From: an uncultured Dehalococcoidia bacterium
GTDB taxonomy: Bacteria; Chloroflexota; Dehalococcoidia; SM23-28-2; RBG-16-64-32
Reading direction: 5' to 3'
Assembly: GCA_964558415.1 (NCBI GenBank)
Contig: CAZLDI010000003.1
Span: 136,627 to 200,626, forward strand
Length of the DNA stretch: 64,000 bases
Program-made: the position numbers and the translations under genes
Notes under the pieces: model-generated
The model's database searches: none
What the model saw: the letters and a program-made list of their open reading frames with translations, nothing else
What the model was told of the DNA's origin: nothing
Shown: positions 45,250 to 54,876 of the stretch, piece by piece
How the letters are laid out: the number at the start of each line of letters is the position of its first letter
Position numbering within the stretch: position 1 is the stretch's first letter

Positions 45250-47943
45250 TCAGATGAGTTCCAGCTTCGTGGCGGCGAGGACCGCCTCCGCCCGGTTCTT
45301 CGCGCTGAGCTTCGTCATGATGGCGCCCAAATAGTCCTTCACTGTATGGGGACTGAGGAAGAGGGTGGCCGCGATCTTCTTGTTCGTCAGCCCCTGCGCT
45401 ACCAGCTCGAGAATGCGGATGTCCTGCTCGGACAGCCGCAGCGCCGCCTGCGCGTCCTCGCCACGCCGCAGTCTGCGCGCCACGGAACCCTGGGGGTGCA
45501 AGGCGTCTTTCGGACGCGATTCCGCCGCGATACCGCTCTGGGTAACCGTGTACAGGAAGTCTTCCTGTTCGGCGTCGAAGGTCCCTCCTTGTTGCGCGCT
45601 TCGAGCCAGGGCCAGGTCGGTCATCCGGCGCTCGATGGCGATGCTGGCTATGTGAACGGCGACCTCCACGCTGGTGCTCTCAAGTGGCTGTGGTGTGTGT
45701 GGGGCGCGATAGTACATTGCCAGCGTGCCCAGCACGCGGCCGGCAGTTGAAAGGATGGGCGTGGACCACGCGGCCTGCAGTCCGTGACCAAGCATGAGGT
45801 CGCGGTTGTCTACCCAGAGCGGGTCACTGGCGATGTCTGAGCAGATTACCGGCAGCGCCCGGTAAGCGGCCGTGCCGCAGGATCCTGACCGCGGGCCGAT
45901 CGGGACCCCGGTCTCCAGCGCCTGCGTGAAGGAATCGGGAAGGCTCGGGGCGGCCACGATCACAAGCGCGGTCCCGTCCTCGTTGACCAGGCAGACGGAG
46001 CAAAGCGCTGCCGGCGTGAGGCCTTCCACCATCTGCGCCAGCGCGTCCAGCACATCCTCCATCGCGATGCCGGCGGCGATCATCTCCAGGAGACGGTTCT
46101 GCTGCTCCAGCAGGTATTGGCCGCGTCTTCGGTCGGTAACGTCTCGCGAATTCACGATGGCAACCAGTTCACCTGACTCGGCCGGTTCGACGCGCCCAAC
46201 TGACTCCAGGTAGCGCCACGCCCCGGACTTGTGGAGCACTCGCATCTCCGCCCGCTGGACTGTTCCCGGCTCCTGCGCGGCGGCGTTGAAGACCGCGAGC
46301 ACCGGCTCGCGGTCTTCCGGATGGATAAAGTCGAAGACGTTTCTGCCTAACCGTTCCTCCAGCATGTATCCCAGAACGCGGGTCACGGCGTCGCTTTCGT
46401 ATTTGATTGTCCCATCCAGGCCAAGGACCACGATGATGTCGGAGACGTTCTCCGTAAGTGATCGGAAATGGCTCTCGCTCTTCCGCAGAGCGAGCTCGGC
46501 CTCCTTCAGCTGCGTAATATCGACAACGGACGCGAATACTCTGGACAGCGACTCCTCATGACCGGGTGGTATTGAGAGTTTGAACCTGATATGTATGCGT
46601 TCACTTGCAAGTGTGTAATTAACCGTCTCAGCCTCGAACTCCGTCTGGCCGGCCGCGAGCGCCACGAGCTCCTGCTCGAACACCTTGTACGATTCTTCGC
46701 CAAAGATGACGCCCAGCCCGCTCACAAACGCGTCTACGTTGTGGGCCTTGTACAGGGCGAGTGTGGCGCGGTTCACGGCGATGACCTTCACCATAGCGGC
46801 GCACGCGGCGACGTCCTCCGGATGATTTGCCAGATAGGCAGCGAAGTCCTCGACGCCGCTTCGGGAACGGGAGTCGAAGAACGTCTTCACCTCCGACATG
46901 TCCGCTTCCCACAGCGAGATGGGCGAGTCTTCGAACAGGACCCGGTGGTTTTCGGCGCTCTTCTTTAGCTCAAGTTCCATCTGCTTGCGCTCAGTGACAT
47001 CCCTGGAGACGGTGACGATGAAGGTTGCGCCGGATTCGTCGCTCTGGGCCCTCCCGAGACTTTCGATGTAGTGCCACGTGCCGTCGCTGTGGAAGGCGCG
47101 GATTTCTGCACGCGCGACACTGCCGGGATCCTCGATGGCTCCGCGGAAGGCGCTTACGACGATACTGCGGTCGTCCGGGTGAACGAAGTCAAGTATCGAT
47201 CGTCCGACCCGCTCGGCCGCCGTATATCCGAGTACATGCTCCGACCCAGCGGCCTCGTAAAGGACGTTTCCGTCCGTTCCGACAACGGCGAAGAAGTCCG
47301 GCGCCTGGTCGGCAAGCGAGCGTAAGTGCTGCTCGGAACGCTGCAAGGCCCACTCTCTTGCGGCGGCCCTGCCGATCGCTTCCCCGATCGACTTTAGCGT
47401 AGTCACGATGCGATCGTTAGTCTCCCGGGGCTCCCGGCTGAAGAGGGCGACCACGCCGCTTACCTCCCTGCCCGAGCCAAATGGGAAGGCGCAGGCAGAC
47501 CCCAATCCGGCCTCCGTGGCGGCGTCCCTGCGCAAGAAGATCGGGTCAGCGGCAAGGTCCGTGATCCATTCCGGTCTACCGCCGGACCACACCCGGCCAA
47601 CCAGACCGGTGCCCCTCCCAAGGGCGCCCTTACGGGCCATCGCCTCGAATCCCTCGGCATCTACAGAGGGCTCGTTCCAGAGCGCCTTCAGGCGCAATAG
47701 TTCGGCATCGCGGTCGACCACCCAGATCTCCGCCAGCTGCCAGCCGAGATTCCCGCAAAGCGCCTGGAGCAGCCTGGGCGCCGCCTCGGAGAGCGTGTAG
47801 TGTTGCTCGAGAATATCGGTGACCGCGGCGAGCGCACCCTCAAGATCCGTATCGGGGGCGGCGGTACGCGAACTCGAACGGCGAGGCGGCGGGCGCTTGG
47901 GGATGGCCGGCTTGGCGCTGGCTTTCGGGCTCATTGGTGACAT
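45250..47943 (-). CDS. LuxR-family transcriptional regulator with GAF and multiple PAS sensor domains
   Basis: A C-terminal LuxR HTH (LSEQDIRILELVAQGLTNKKIAATLFLSPHTVKDYL) is preceded by GAF and PAS repeats. It is 897 aa. Confidence 0.85.
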   Translation of the reverse strand: MSPMSPKASAKPAIPKRPPPRRSSSRTAAPDTDLEGALAAVTDILEQHYTLSEAAPRLLQALCGNLGWQLAEIWVVDRDAELLRLKALWNEPSVDAEGFEAMARKGALGRGTGLVGRVWSGGRPEWITDLAADPIFLRRDAATEAGLGSACAFPFGSGREVSGVVALFSREPRETNDRIVTTLKSIGEAIGRAAAREWALQRSEQHLRSLADQAPDFFAVVGTDGNVLYEAAGSEHVLGYTAAERVGRSILDFVHPDDRSIVVSAFRGAIEDPGSVARAEIRAFHSDGTWHYIESLGRAQSDESGATFIVTVSRDVTERKQMELELKKSAENHRVLFEDSPISLWEADMSEVKTFFDSRSRSGVEDFAAYLANHPEDVAACAAMVKVIAVNRATLALYKAHNVDAFVSGLGVIFGEESYKVFEQELVALAAGQTEFEAETVNYTLASERIHIRFKLSIPPGHEESLSRVFASVVDITQLKEAELALRKSESHFRSLTENVSDIIVVLGLDGTIKYESDAVTRVLGYMLEERLGRNVFDFIHPEDREPVLAVFNAAAQEPGTVQRAEMRVLHKSGAWRYLESVGRVEPAESGELVAIVNSRDVTDRRRGQYLLEQQNRLLEMIAAGIAMEDVLDALAQMVEGLTPAALCSVCLVNEDGTALVIVAAPSLPDSFTQALETGVPIGPRSGSCGTAAYRALPVICSDIASDPLWVDNRDLMLGHGLQAAWSTPILSTAGRVLGTLAMYYRAPHTPQPLESTSVEVAVHIASIAIERRMTDLALARSAQQGGTFDAEQEDFLYTVTQSGIAAESRPKDALHPQGSVARRLRRGEDAQAALRLSEQDIRILELVAQGLTNKKIAATLFLSPHTVKDYLGAIMTKLSAKNRAEAVLAATKLELI

Positions 47944-47996
47944 GTTGGTATTAACACTTTAGAACGCCGCGATTCAAGACCGGTTATAGCAGGGTC

Positions 47997-48035
47997 GGCC
48001 TCAGAACACCCCCCCGAATGGGGGGTTCTGAGGCC
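47997..48035. promoter_or_regulatory. Long interrupted inverted repeat / hairpin in a divergent promoter region, GGCCTCAGAA-ca-CCCCCC-cgaat-GGGGGG-TTCTGAGGCC
   Basis: It has 10-bp plus 6-bp arms. A second CCCCCCGAA(C)GGG half-motif repeats at 48049-48064. It lies between the LuxR-family gene (-) and the tasA-like gene (+). Confidence 0.5.
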
Positions 48036-48156
48036 CCCGAGCCATCCTACCCCCCGAACGGGCGTCCTGATACGCGTTACGCCGGCCGCGTGGTGCGGTC
48101 TTTGTGAGTGAATGCTCCATACAGGGTAGTGAGCATGAAAACAAGGAGGCTCTTTT

Positions 48157-48753
48157 ATGAAGCGCAGCAAGCGAATCCTCGCGGTTATCCTCGCCGTCGG
48201 CGCGGTGGCCGCCGTATTCGGCGGCATCAGCAACGCGCTGTTCACGGACTCGGACCCGGTGGGTAGCAACACGATGGACTTCGGCACGATCAGCCTGACC
48301 ACGTCGCCGGCGAGCGCAATCTGGGCGCCGCTCACGGCGGCCATGCCCGGCGACCGCGCAACCGGGTCGCTGACCGCTACGAACGCGGGCTCAGGGCAGC
48401 TACGCTATGCAGTGACCGGATCCAACACCAACGCCACTGTGGCGGCGGCGATGAACCTGCGCGTTGCCCTGCGTGGCGGAGCGTCGTGTGACTTCCCGTA
48501 CCACAACACGGATGGCACGACCACAAGTCTCACCGACGATACCCAACTGTTCGCGGGCCTGCTTAACGTGGCGGCCCTGATCGGCAGCAGCGCGCAGGGC
48601 GCTCAAGCCGGAGACCGCACGCTGGCGGCCGCCGCGAACGAGGTGCTGTGTTTCGGGGTTGTCGCTCCGCTGAGCGCTGGCAACTCGCTGCAGGGTCTGG
48701 CGAACACGGCGACGTTCACCTTCGACTCCGAGCAGACATCTAACAACCCGTAG
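48157..48753 (+). CDS. TasA/camelysin-like secreted protein with a SipW-cognate-class signal peptide
   Basis: The N-terminus MKRSKRILAVILAVGAVAAVFGGISNALFTDSD fits the SipW-cognate signal class. An AAGGAGG RBS lies 7 nt upstream. Confidence 0.7.
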   Translation: MKRSKRILAVILAVGAVAAVFGGISNALFTDSDPVGSNTMDFGTISLTTSPASAIWAPLTAAMPGDRATGSLTATNAGSGQLRYAVTGSNTNATVAAAMNLRVALRGGASCDFPYHNTDGTTTSLTDDTQLFAGLLNVAALIGSSAQGAQAGDRTLAAAANEVLCFGVVAPLSAGNSLQGLANTATFTFDSEQTSNNP

Positions 48754-48770
48754 ATTTATCTGGACGGTAT

Positions 48771-48817
48771 CACGAAACCCGTCCCGGCGAGGAGTATCTC
48801 GCGGGACGGGTTTCGTG
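48771..48817 (+). terminator. Very stable near-perfect hairpin (15-bp perfect arms, extended to about 20 bp) between the tasA-like gene and sipW
   Basis: CACGAAACCCGTCCC...GGGACGGGTTTCGTG. No U-tract follows, so it is a likely intra-operon attenuator or processing signal. Confidence 0.5.
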
Positions 48818-48855
48818 CCGGAAGCCTATGCAACGAAAGTTAAGGTGACATTAAC

Positions 48856-49437
48856 GTGACGACGATAGAGAGAGCGACGGGACATCAGGCCGGGCAGGCG
48901 TGGGCAACGCGCCCGGCTGGATGGCCCGCGCAGGTCTCCTGGTTCGTCATATCGGTCACTGCGGCCGTGCTCCTGCTTGGGGTTGTCGCCTACGGTGCAG
49001 CGCCTCTCCTCGGATACAACATAAAGGTTGTCGGCGGAGGCAGCATGGAGCCCGACGTGCCGCGAGGGTCGCTCACTATCTCGCGCCTGGCGGACTCCGA
49101 AGATCTGCGGATCGGAGACATCATCAACTTCCGCTACCCGCAGGCGAATGCCAGCCTCACCCACCGGATCATCGCGATCAGGGAGGTTGAGGGTCAGCGT
49201 ATGTTCACGACGAAAGGGGACGCCAACCTGACCCCTGACCCGTTGGAGGTGGAACTGGGCGCCGGAGCGAACCGGGTGGAGCGCGTCGTGCTGCACGCTG
49301 GCTTCCTGGTGGCATTCGCCCGCGGCACGTCCGGCTTGTTATTGACGGTGGCCGCTCCCGTGCTGGCATTACTGGCAATGTACCTGTGGGAGCCGAGAAA
49401 CAACGGGAGTAAGGAAGCGAAGCCCGCACAGGGATGA
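48856..49437 (+). CDS. sipW: Signal peptidase I, SipW type (S26B, archaeal-type)
   Basis: It has a TM segment and then GGGSMEP (catalytic Ser), with a conserved HRII block. It has a GTG start. Confidence 0.75.
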   Translation: MTTIERATGHQAGQAWATRPAGWPAQVSWFVISVTAAVLLLGVVAYGAAPLLGYNIKVVGGGSMEPDVPRGSLTISRLADSEDLRIGDIINFRYPQANASLTHRIIAIREVEGQRMFTTKGDANLTPDPLEVELGAGANRVERVVLHAGFLVAFARGTSGLLLTVAAPVLALLAMYLWEPRNNGSKEAKPAQG

Positions 49438-49438
49438 G

Positions 49439-50380
49439 ATGTCAGATCTCAGCTGGAAGCGGGTGGCCGCCTTCACTGCCGCCCTGATCGGCGCGGCTGT
49501 GCTCACTTTCACCGCCGTCAGCGTCGGCTACGCCGTGTTCTCGCAAGCACTGGGCGTTGGCAGCAATACCGTCACGTTCGATTCATTGAACGCCCCCACG
49601 GGGGTGGGCGCGACCGGCGGCACGTCGGTAAGTCTTACCTGGACGGCCACCTCAGACACCTATGCGAGCGGCCACCGCGTGCTCCGCGGGACTGCGGCGG
49701 GCGGGCCGTACGCACAGATCGCCGAGATCACTCCCCGCACGACCACCACCTATGTCGATAGCCCGGGCAACGGGACGTTCTACTACGTCGCCCGCGCCTT
49801 CTTCCAGAACTGGGAGAGCGCGAACAGCAATGAGGCGTCCGCAACAGTCGTTATCAACACCGGGTACTTGAGCTGCACCGCCAACGCCGCGGTGACCGCG
49901 AGCAGCGGCGACAACAACGGCTTCCAGCTGAATCCAGGCAACGCCTGCGCGGATGACGCCGCGTTCGCCGAAGACACAAATAGCGGTACGAACACCACCG
50001 CGAACTGCACTAACACCGGCAAGGACCGCCACATCTATCGTGACTACGGCCTCTCCATCCCCGCAGGGTCCACGATCAACGGCGTCGAGGTGCGGCTGGA
50101 CGCCTGGGCTGACAGCACGGTCGGCAGCCCTTACCTGTGCGTGGAGTTGTCCTGGGACGGCGGAACGACGTGGACAGCGACGCAACAGACGACGACGTTG
50201 ACCACGGCGCAAGCAACATACACCCTCGGTTCAGCGACGGACACGTGGGGCCGCACCTGGGCCGTCGGCGACTTCACCAACGCCAACTTCCGCGTGCGCA
50301 TCACGAGCGTAACGGGCAACAACAACCGCGACCCGCGGTTGGACTGGGTGCCCGTGCGCGTGACCTACAACCCACTGTAG
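49439..50380 (+). CDS. Secreted protein with a SipW-cognate-like signal peptide and a fibronectin-III-like domain (TapA-position accessory protein)
   Basis: The N-terminus has a TM/AVFSQALG segment. An FN3-like block (SVSLTWTATSD...YYVARAF) and a Thr-rich region follow. Its ATG sits 2 nt after the sipW stop. Confidence 0.55.
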   Translation: MSDLSWKRVAAFTAALIGAAVLTFTAVSVGYAVFSQALGVGSNTVTFDSLNAPTGVGATGGTSVSLTWTATSDTYASGHRVLRGTAAGGPYAQIAEITPRTTTTYVDSPGNGTFYYVARAFFQNWESANSNEASATVVINTGYLSCTANAAVTASSGDNNGFQLNPGNACADDAAFAEDTNSGTNTTANCTNTGKDRHIYRDYGLSIPAGSTINGVEVRLDAWADSTVGSPYLCVELSWDGGTTWTATQQTTTLTTAQATYTLGSATDTWGRTWAVGDFTNANFRVRITSVTGNNNRDPRLDWVPVRVTYNPL

Positions 50381-50450
50381 CGGGCCAGATCGACTCTCAG
50401 GCACCCGCCTCGGCCCGATACTACTTCAGAACAAACGCTCTGAAATAGTA

Positions 50451-50478
50451 TTGACTTGCGCACCCGGGGCGTTACAAT
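50451..50478 (+). promoter_or_regulatory. Sigma-70-like promoter (TTGACT-16 nt-TACAAT) preceded by the inverted repeat TTCAGA-N8-TCTGAA at 50425-50444
   Basis: Near-consensus -35 and -10 hexamers lie about 30 nt upstream of the 50509 ATG. Confidence 0.5.
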
Positions 50479-50508
50479 TGGGGGAAGCGAAGACGCAGCT
50501 TAGCATTT

Positions 50509-51621
50509 ATGCCAACGATCCTTCACACCGCCGATGTTCATCTGGACCGCGCGTTCAGCGGGCTGGGTATGGTGTCCTCGATCGCTGCGGCTCGCCGCCG
50601 GGAGCTTCGCGACGCTGTTGTTCGGTTCATCGACCTGGCGCTTGATCTGCGCGTGGATGCCATTACTATCGGCGGAGACCTGTACGAACACGACCGAGTC
50701 ACCGCCGATACCGGCCATTTCTTGCGCCAGCAGTTCGAGAGACTGGGCGCGGTACCGGTGCTGATCGCCGCCGGCAATCACGACCCCTGTATGCCGGGCT
50801 CCACGTACAGGCGGGTCGATTGGCCGGCGAACGTCACGATTTTTGGCGAGCCGCGCTTCCAACCCGTGCAGGTGGCGCCGGCGCTGACGGTCTGGGGCGC
50901 GGGGCATGACGGCCCATCCCTTCGCGAAAACTTGCTCGATGGCTTCCGCGTCTCCGGCGCGGGCCGGCACGTTCTCCTTTTTCACGGCTCCGATGTCCAG
51001 TCGGTTCCGGAGGGCAAGCTCACGCACGCTCCGTTCCAGCCGGCAGATGTCGTCGCCACGGGCGCGGACTTCGCGTTGCTGGGCCACTATCATGGCGCGC
51101 GGCTACACCCGCAGGAGAACCCTCTGTATGGCTACCCGGGCAGCCCAGAACCCCTGGATTTCTCCGAGTCCGGGGATCATCACGTGCTTCGCGTCGATGT
51201 GGATGACGCCGGCGTGCGTCCGCAACTCATCCCGTTCGGGACGGTTCGTTATATCACGAGAGTCGTCGACGTCAGCGAGATGCTTACGTCCGAGCAGATC
51301 CGTGCGGCGGTTGACGCGCTCCCCGGCGACGCGATCACGCGCGTCCTGCTTGAGGGCTGGCTCCACCCGGAGCTTGATCTGGATGCCCCGGCGCTCTATG
51401 ACGCGTGCGCCGAACGCTTCCCCTATCTGGATATCGTCAACCGGAGTGAAGCCGCGTATGACTTCGATCAGCTTGCTGAAGAGACCACGACAAAGGGGGC
51501 GTTCGTGCGCATCCTCCAGGAGCGGATGGCCCGAGCCGATTCGGACGAGCGCGAAGTGATCCGCCGCGCGTTACTGCTGGGTCTGCAGGCGTTCGAACGG
51601 AAGGATCTGCGCGTAGCATGA
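50509..51621 (+). CDS. SbcD/Mre11-family metallophosphoesterase (YhaO-like DNA repair exonuclease)
   Basis: The metallophosphoesterase motifs ADVHLD, GGDLYEH and GNHD are present. Confidence 0.8.
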   Translation: MPTILHTADVHLDRAFSGLGMVSSIAAARRRELRDAVVRFIDLALDLRVDAITIGGDLYEHDRVTADTGHFLRQQFERLGAVPVLIAAGNHDPCMPGSTYRRVDWPANVTIFGEPRFQPVQVAPALTVWGAGHDGPSLRENLLDGFRVSGAGRHVLLFHGSDVQSVPEGKLTHAPFQPADVVATGADFALLGHYHGARLHPQENPLYGYPGSPEPLDFSESGDHHVLRVDVDDAGVRPQLIPFGTVRYITRVVDVSEMLTSEQIRAAVDALPGDAITRVLLEGWLHPELDLDAPALYDACAERFPYLDIVNRSEAAYDFDQLAEETTTKGAFVRILQERMARADSDEREVIRRALLLGLQAFERKDLRVA

Positions 51622-53909
51622 AGATCCGCCGCCTGGAGCTCGCCGGCTTCGGCTGCCTGCGGGGCTTCGAGGCCGATCTTGCGCCGGGATTGAACCTGTT
51701 CTTCGGCCTCAACGAGGCGGGTAAGTCGACGCTGCAGCAGGCAGTCTGCGCGCTGCTGTACGGGTTCTATGATGCCGATCGAGCGCGTCCGGACGAAATA
51801 GCGCGCCACGAGCGGTTCCGGCCGTGGCAGGGCGGCCCGTTTCGCGGGGCGCTGGAGTATGAACTCGCGGACGGGCGCGGCTTCGAGGTCCGGCGCGATT
51901 TCGGACATCCGGACGTCCCAACGCAGCTGATCGATTCCTCGACTGGACTAGACATCGTCACGCGGTTCGGGCAGAGCCGGCACGGGAACGTCCCGTTCGC
52001 CCGTAAGCACCTGGGAATGACCCGCACTGTCTTCCAGAGTAGCGCCTTCATCTCCCAGGGCGAGATCTTCGACGTCGCCCGCGAGTCGCCACGCCAGATC
52101 GGGGACGCCATCGCGGCACTCGCGGACTCCGCCCGCAGAGATGTCTCCGCGGCGGGAGCCATTGCGCGGATCGACGGCGTCCTTTCGAAGCTGGGCAGTG
52201 ACCGCGCGCGCACGGCCGAGCTGCCCAGGGCGCGCCACTCCTTGAAGGAGGCTGTCGCCGAGCTAGACGGCCTCACCGCCTCGCAGCGAGAGCTCGCGTC
52301 CAGAGAGGTTGAACTGGAAGAGACAGCCCGGCGTTCCACGGGGGTCTCGGACGAGGCGATTCGCCTCGAGCTGCTGCTGGCGCAGTCGCAGGCCGCGGAA
52401 CTGCGTGCTCTCCTTGAAGCCGTACGGGCAGCGGAAGCGGAGATCGAGCGTGCACGCTCGGCCGCGCAGGAGCACGCTGAGTATGAGAACTTCCCGAGTC
52501 AACGGCGCGACGAGATGATCGTCCTGCGAGAGCACGTGCGGCAGGCTCGAGAGACCCTCAGGAACACTCTCGAGGCGCTGGATCTGGCAGACCAAGGGCT
52601 TCCCGCGGGGGATCGCCTTGAGTTTGAATCTCTACGTATCTCCGTCGCCGCGCTCTCCGCGGAGCAACTGGAGGAGCTGCGAACCACGGCGTACACGGCC
52701 GCAAGCAGGGTCGATTTGCTATCCATCGTCGCATCCGCAGCGCACTCGATCGTTCGAGCGTTGCGCGGTCTGATATTGCGCCTTCTCCGCCGGACTCCAC
52801 CGGGACCCGCCGCCCCTGTCTTTCCGCGAGTTTCGCAGGACGAAGCGTTAGTCCTGCTGGAACGCCACACTCGCTTCCTGTCACTGCGGCCCGTCGTCGA
52901 GAACGTCGCCAGGCTGCAGCGGCAGTCGGAGGAGGAACGCGTCCGGCTGGAGGCGATAGAACAACGGCTGCGGGGATTGTTCGACGAAACGAGACTCGAT
53001 AGACAGGGAGAGGCCGACGATCTATGCGTAGCGTTCCTTGAGGCCTGCGACAGACACACCAGGTACAAACTTGCTCTTGCATCGGAGGCAACCTCCCGGC
53101 GATCGCGAGTAACGCTCCTGTCGGGGCGCTCGCCGCGCGAGCTGGAGGTCGATCTCGGCGAGCACGAAGATCACGCCCGGCGGCTCCTGGCGGCGAGACC
53201 GCATCTACTGGGCAGCGAGATCGACGCCGCGCCTACGGAGCTCTCCCGCCGGCTGGATGGCCTGCGCCGGGAGCAGCGAGAGTTGGACGTCCGCGGTGCG
53301 ACGCTGGGCGAGGAAGCCCGCCTTTTGAGGGAGCGCCACCGACCCGCCGCCGAGATCGAGGAAGATGTCGAGCGCTGGCGCCGGGAAGTGGCCCGCCTGG
53401 AGCTCGCCCGCGCGGCGCTCCAGGCGGCGCGAGGAGCGATCGAGGAGGCGATGACCTCTGTGCATCGCAACTTCGTGCCGCGCGTCAACGCCTTTCTGAG
53501 CGAGGGGATGGAGTCCGTCACCGGCGGGCGCTACCGTCGTGCTCATGTCGACCCCGGGAGCCTGCGTATTTCACTCCTGGTGCCGGAAACGGAAATGGTG
53601 GTCACGGACCCTCCGGTGAGCCACGGCACGCGGACGATCGCTTACATACTCATGCGCCTGGGCCTGGCGCGACATATGAGCGCCATCGGCGAGCCTGTCC
53701 CGCTGATTCTGGACGACCCGTTCGTGGATGTGGACCATGAGCGGCTGCCGCGCATTTTGGAGTTCCTCAGCCGTCTGAGTGAGGATTCTCAGGTACTCGT
53801 CTTCACAAAGGACGAAGCGATCGTCCGTTGGCTTGAGCGTGAGCCGGCTGGTCAGCGCCACATGCTGCATCAGCTACCGTCCGCAATTTTCGTCGCCACG
53901 GGCGTGTAA
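51618..53909 (+). CDS. SbcC/Rad50-like AAA ATPase (YhaN-like) with a long coiled coil
   Basis: An N-terminal Walker A (GLNEAGKST) and C-terminal signature / Walker B (LILDDPFVDVD) flank a coiled-coil middle. Its ATG overlaps the sbcD-like stop. Confidence 0.8.
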   Translation: MKIRRLELAGFGCLRGFEADLAPGLNLFFGLNEAGKSTLQQAVCALLYGFYDADRARPDEIARHERFRPWQGGPFRGALEYELADGRGFEVRRDFGHPDVPTQLIDSSTGLDIVTRFGQSRHGNVPFARKHLGMTRTVFQSSAFISQGEIFDVARESPRQIGDAIAALADSARRDVSAAGAIARIDGVLSKLGSDRARTAELPRARHSLKEAVAELDGLTASQRELASREVELEETARRSTGVSDEAIRLELLLAQSQAAELRALLEAVRAAEAEIERARSAAQEHAEYENFPSQRRDEMIVLREHVRQARETLRNTLEALDLADQGLPAGDRLEFESLRISVAALSAEQLEELRTTAYTAASRVDLLSIVASAAHSIVRALRGLILRLLRRTPPGPAAPVFPRVSQDEALVLLERHTRFLSLRPVVENVARLQRQSEEERVRLEAIEQRLRGLFDETRLDRQGEADDLCVAFLEACDRHTRYKLALASEATSRRSRVTLLSGRSPRELEVDLGEHEDHARRLLAARPHLLGSEIDAAPTELSRRLDGLRREQRELDVRGATLGEEARLLRERHRPAAEIEEDVERWRREVARLELARAALQAARGAIEEAMTSVHRNFVPRVNAFLSEGMESVTGGRYRRAHVDPGSLRISLLVPETEMVVTDPPVSHGTRTIAYILMRLGLARHMSAIGEPVPLILDDPFVDVDHERLPRILEFLSRLSEDSQVLVFTKDEAIVRWLEREPAGQRHMLHQLPSAIFVATGV

Positions 53910-53970
53910 CGCTGCCGCTGGCTCAGCCGTCCTCACATTAGACGCATTAACGTCAGTTTGCTTTTAGTTC

Positions 53971-54735
53971 ATGAGCGCATCACTAGAAACCAAGAAGCCC
54001 GCTGCGGCTGTCGCCGCCAGGACAGCGTATGTCCTGGCCGAGCCCGAGGTCTGGTCACAGGCGCTGGAGGATGCCCTCCAGGGACTGGGACTGGATGTTC
54101 TGTCCTGCTCTCAGCTGCATGAGCTGTTTGAAATGTCCCGCGAGCAGCCCGGGGCGCTACTTGTCCTGGCGCAGAGGAACGGCCCGTTCGCCGTTCGTGC
54201 CTGCAGAGTGATTCGCGGCCTTCAGGACGTTCCGGCGATAGTGGTGATGGCGCGCGAAGGTGACCTGATCCCCGTACTCGATGCCGGAGCCGACGATGCT
54301 GTCGTGGCACGAGTGGACCCGGCGGTCTTCGCAGCCCGGGTGCGAGCGCTGATGCGTCGCGCTCAACCGGCATCGCGGAGCGGCGGCCATCTGGTGATCC
54401 GCGATCTCGTGATCGATCTGGAAAAGTACCGGGTCACGATCGGCGACAAGCCGGTGGCGCTGACCCCCACGGAATTTCGCCTTCTGGCGGTGCTGGCCCA
54501 GCAGGCCGGGCGAGTGGTAGATCCAAGAGCCCTGCTGTCTGCTGTCCATCAGCACGACTATAGCGAACGAGATGCTCAGAACCTGGTGAAGGTCCACATC
54601 GCCAACCTGCGGCGCAAGATGAACGACTCCGGTACCGCGAGCCGCTACATCCTCTGCGTGCGAGGATTCGGTTACATGTTGGAGCGCCGTTCTCAGATAC
54701 GTGAAGACGACCCGCTGGCCGAGCTGATCGAGTAA
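53971..54735 (+). CDS. OmpR/PhoB-family winged-helix regulator with an atypical receiver domain lacking the phosphoacceptor Asp
   Basis: The C-terminal wHTH is LTPTEFRLLAVLA...VHIANLRRKM. In the receiver the usual DD pair is AEPE and the D57-equivalent LLVLD reads LLVLAQ. Confidence 0.65.
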   Translation: MSASLETKKPAAAVAARTAYVLAEPEVWSQALEDALQGLGLDVLSCSQLHELFEMSREQPGALLVLAQRNGPFAVRACRVIRGLQDVPAIVVMAREGDLIPVLDAGADDAVVARVDPAVFAARVRALMRRAQPASRSGGHLVIRDLVIDLEKYRVTIGDKPVALTPTEFRLLAVLAQQAGRVVDPRALLSAVHQHDYSERDAQNLVKVHIANLRRKMNDSGTASRYILCVRGFGYMLERRSQIREDDPLAELIE

Positions 54736-54876
54736 CCCTTCTCCCGGCGCGCCGCGTCGGAGCCCGCGCTGGGCTTTACCTCTTCTGAACCAGACCCGAA
54801 CCATTTCTTTACCGGTATTGCGTCACAAGTTGGTCTCGCATCTGCTACGCTGACCCCCGACGACTCAGTCAGGGAG

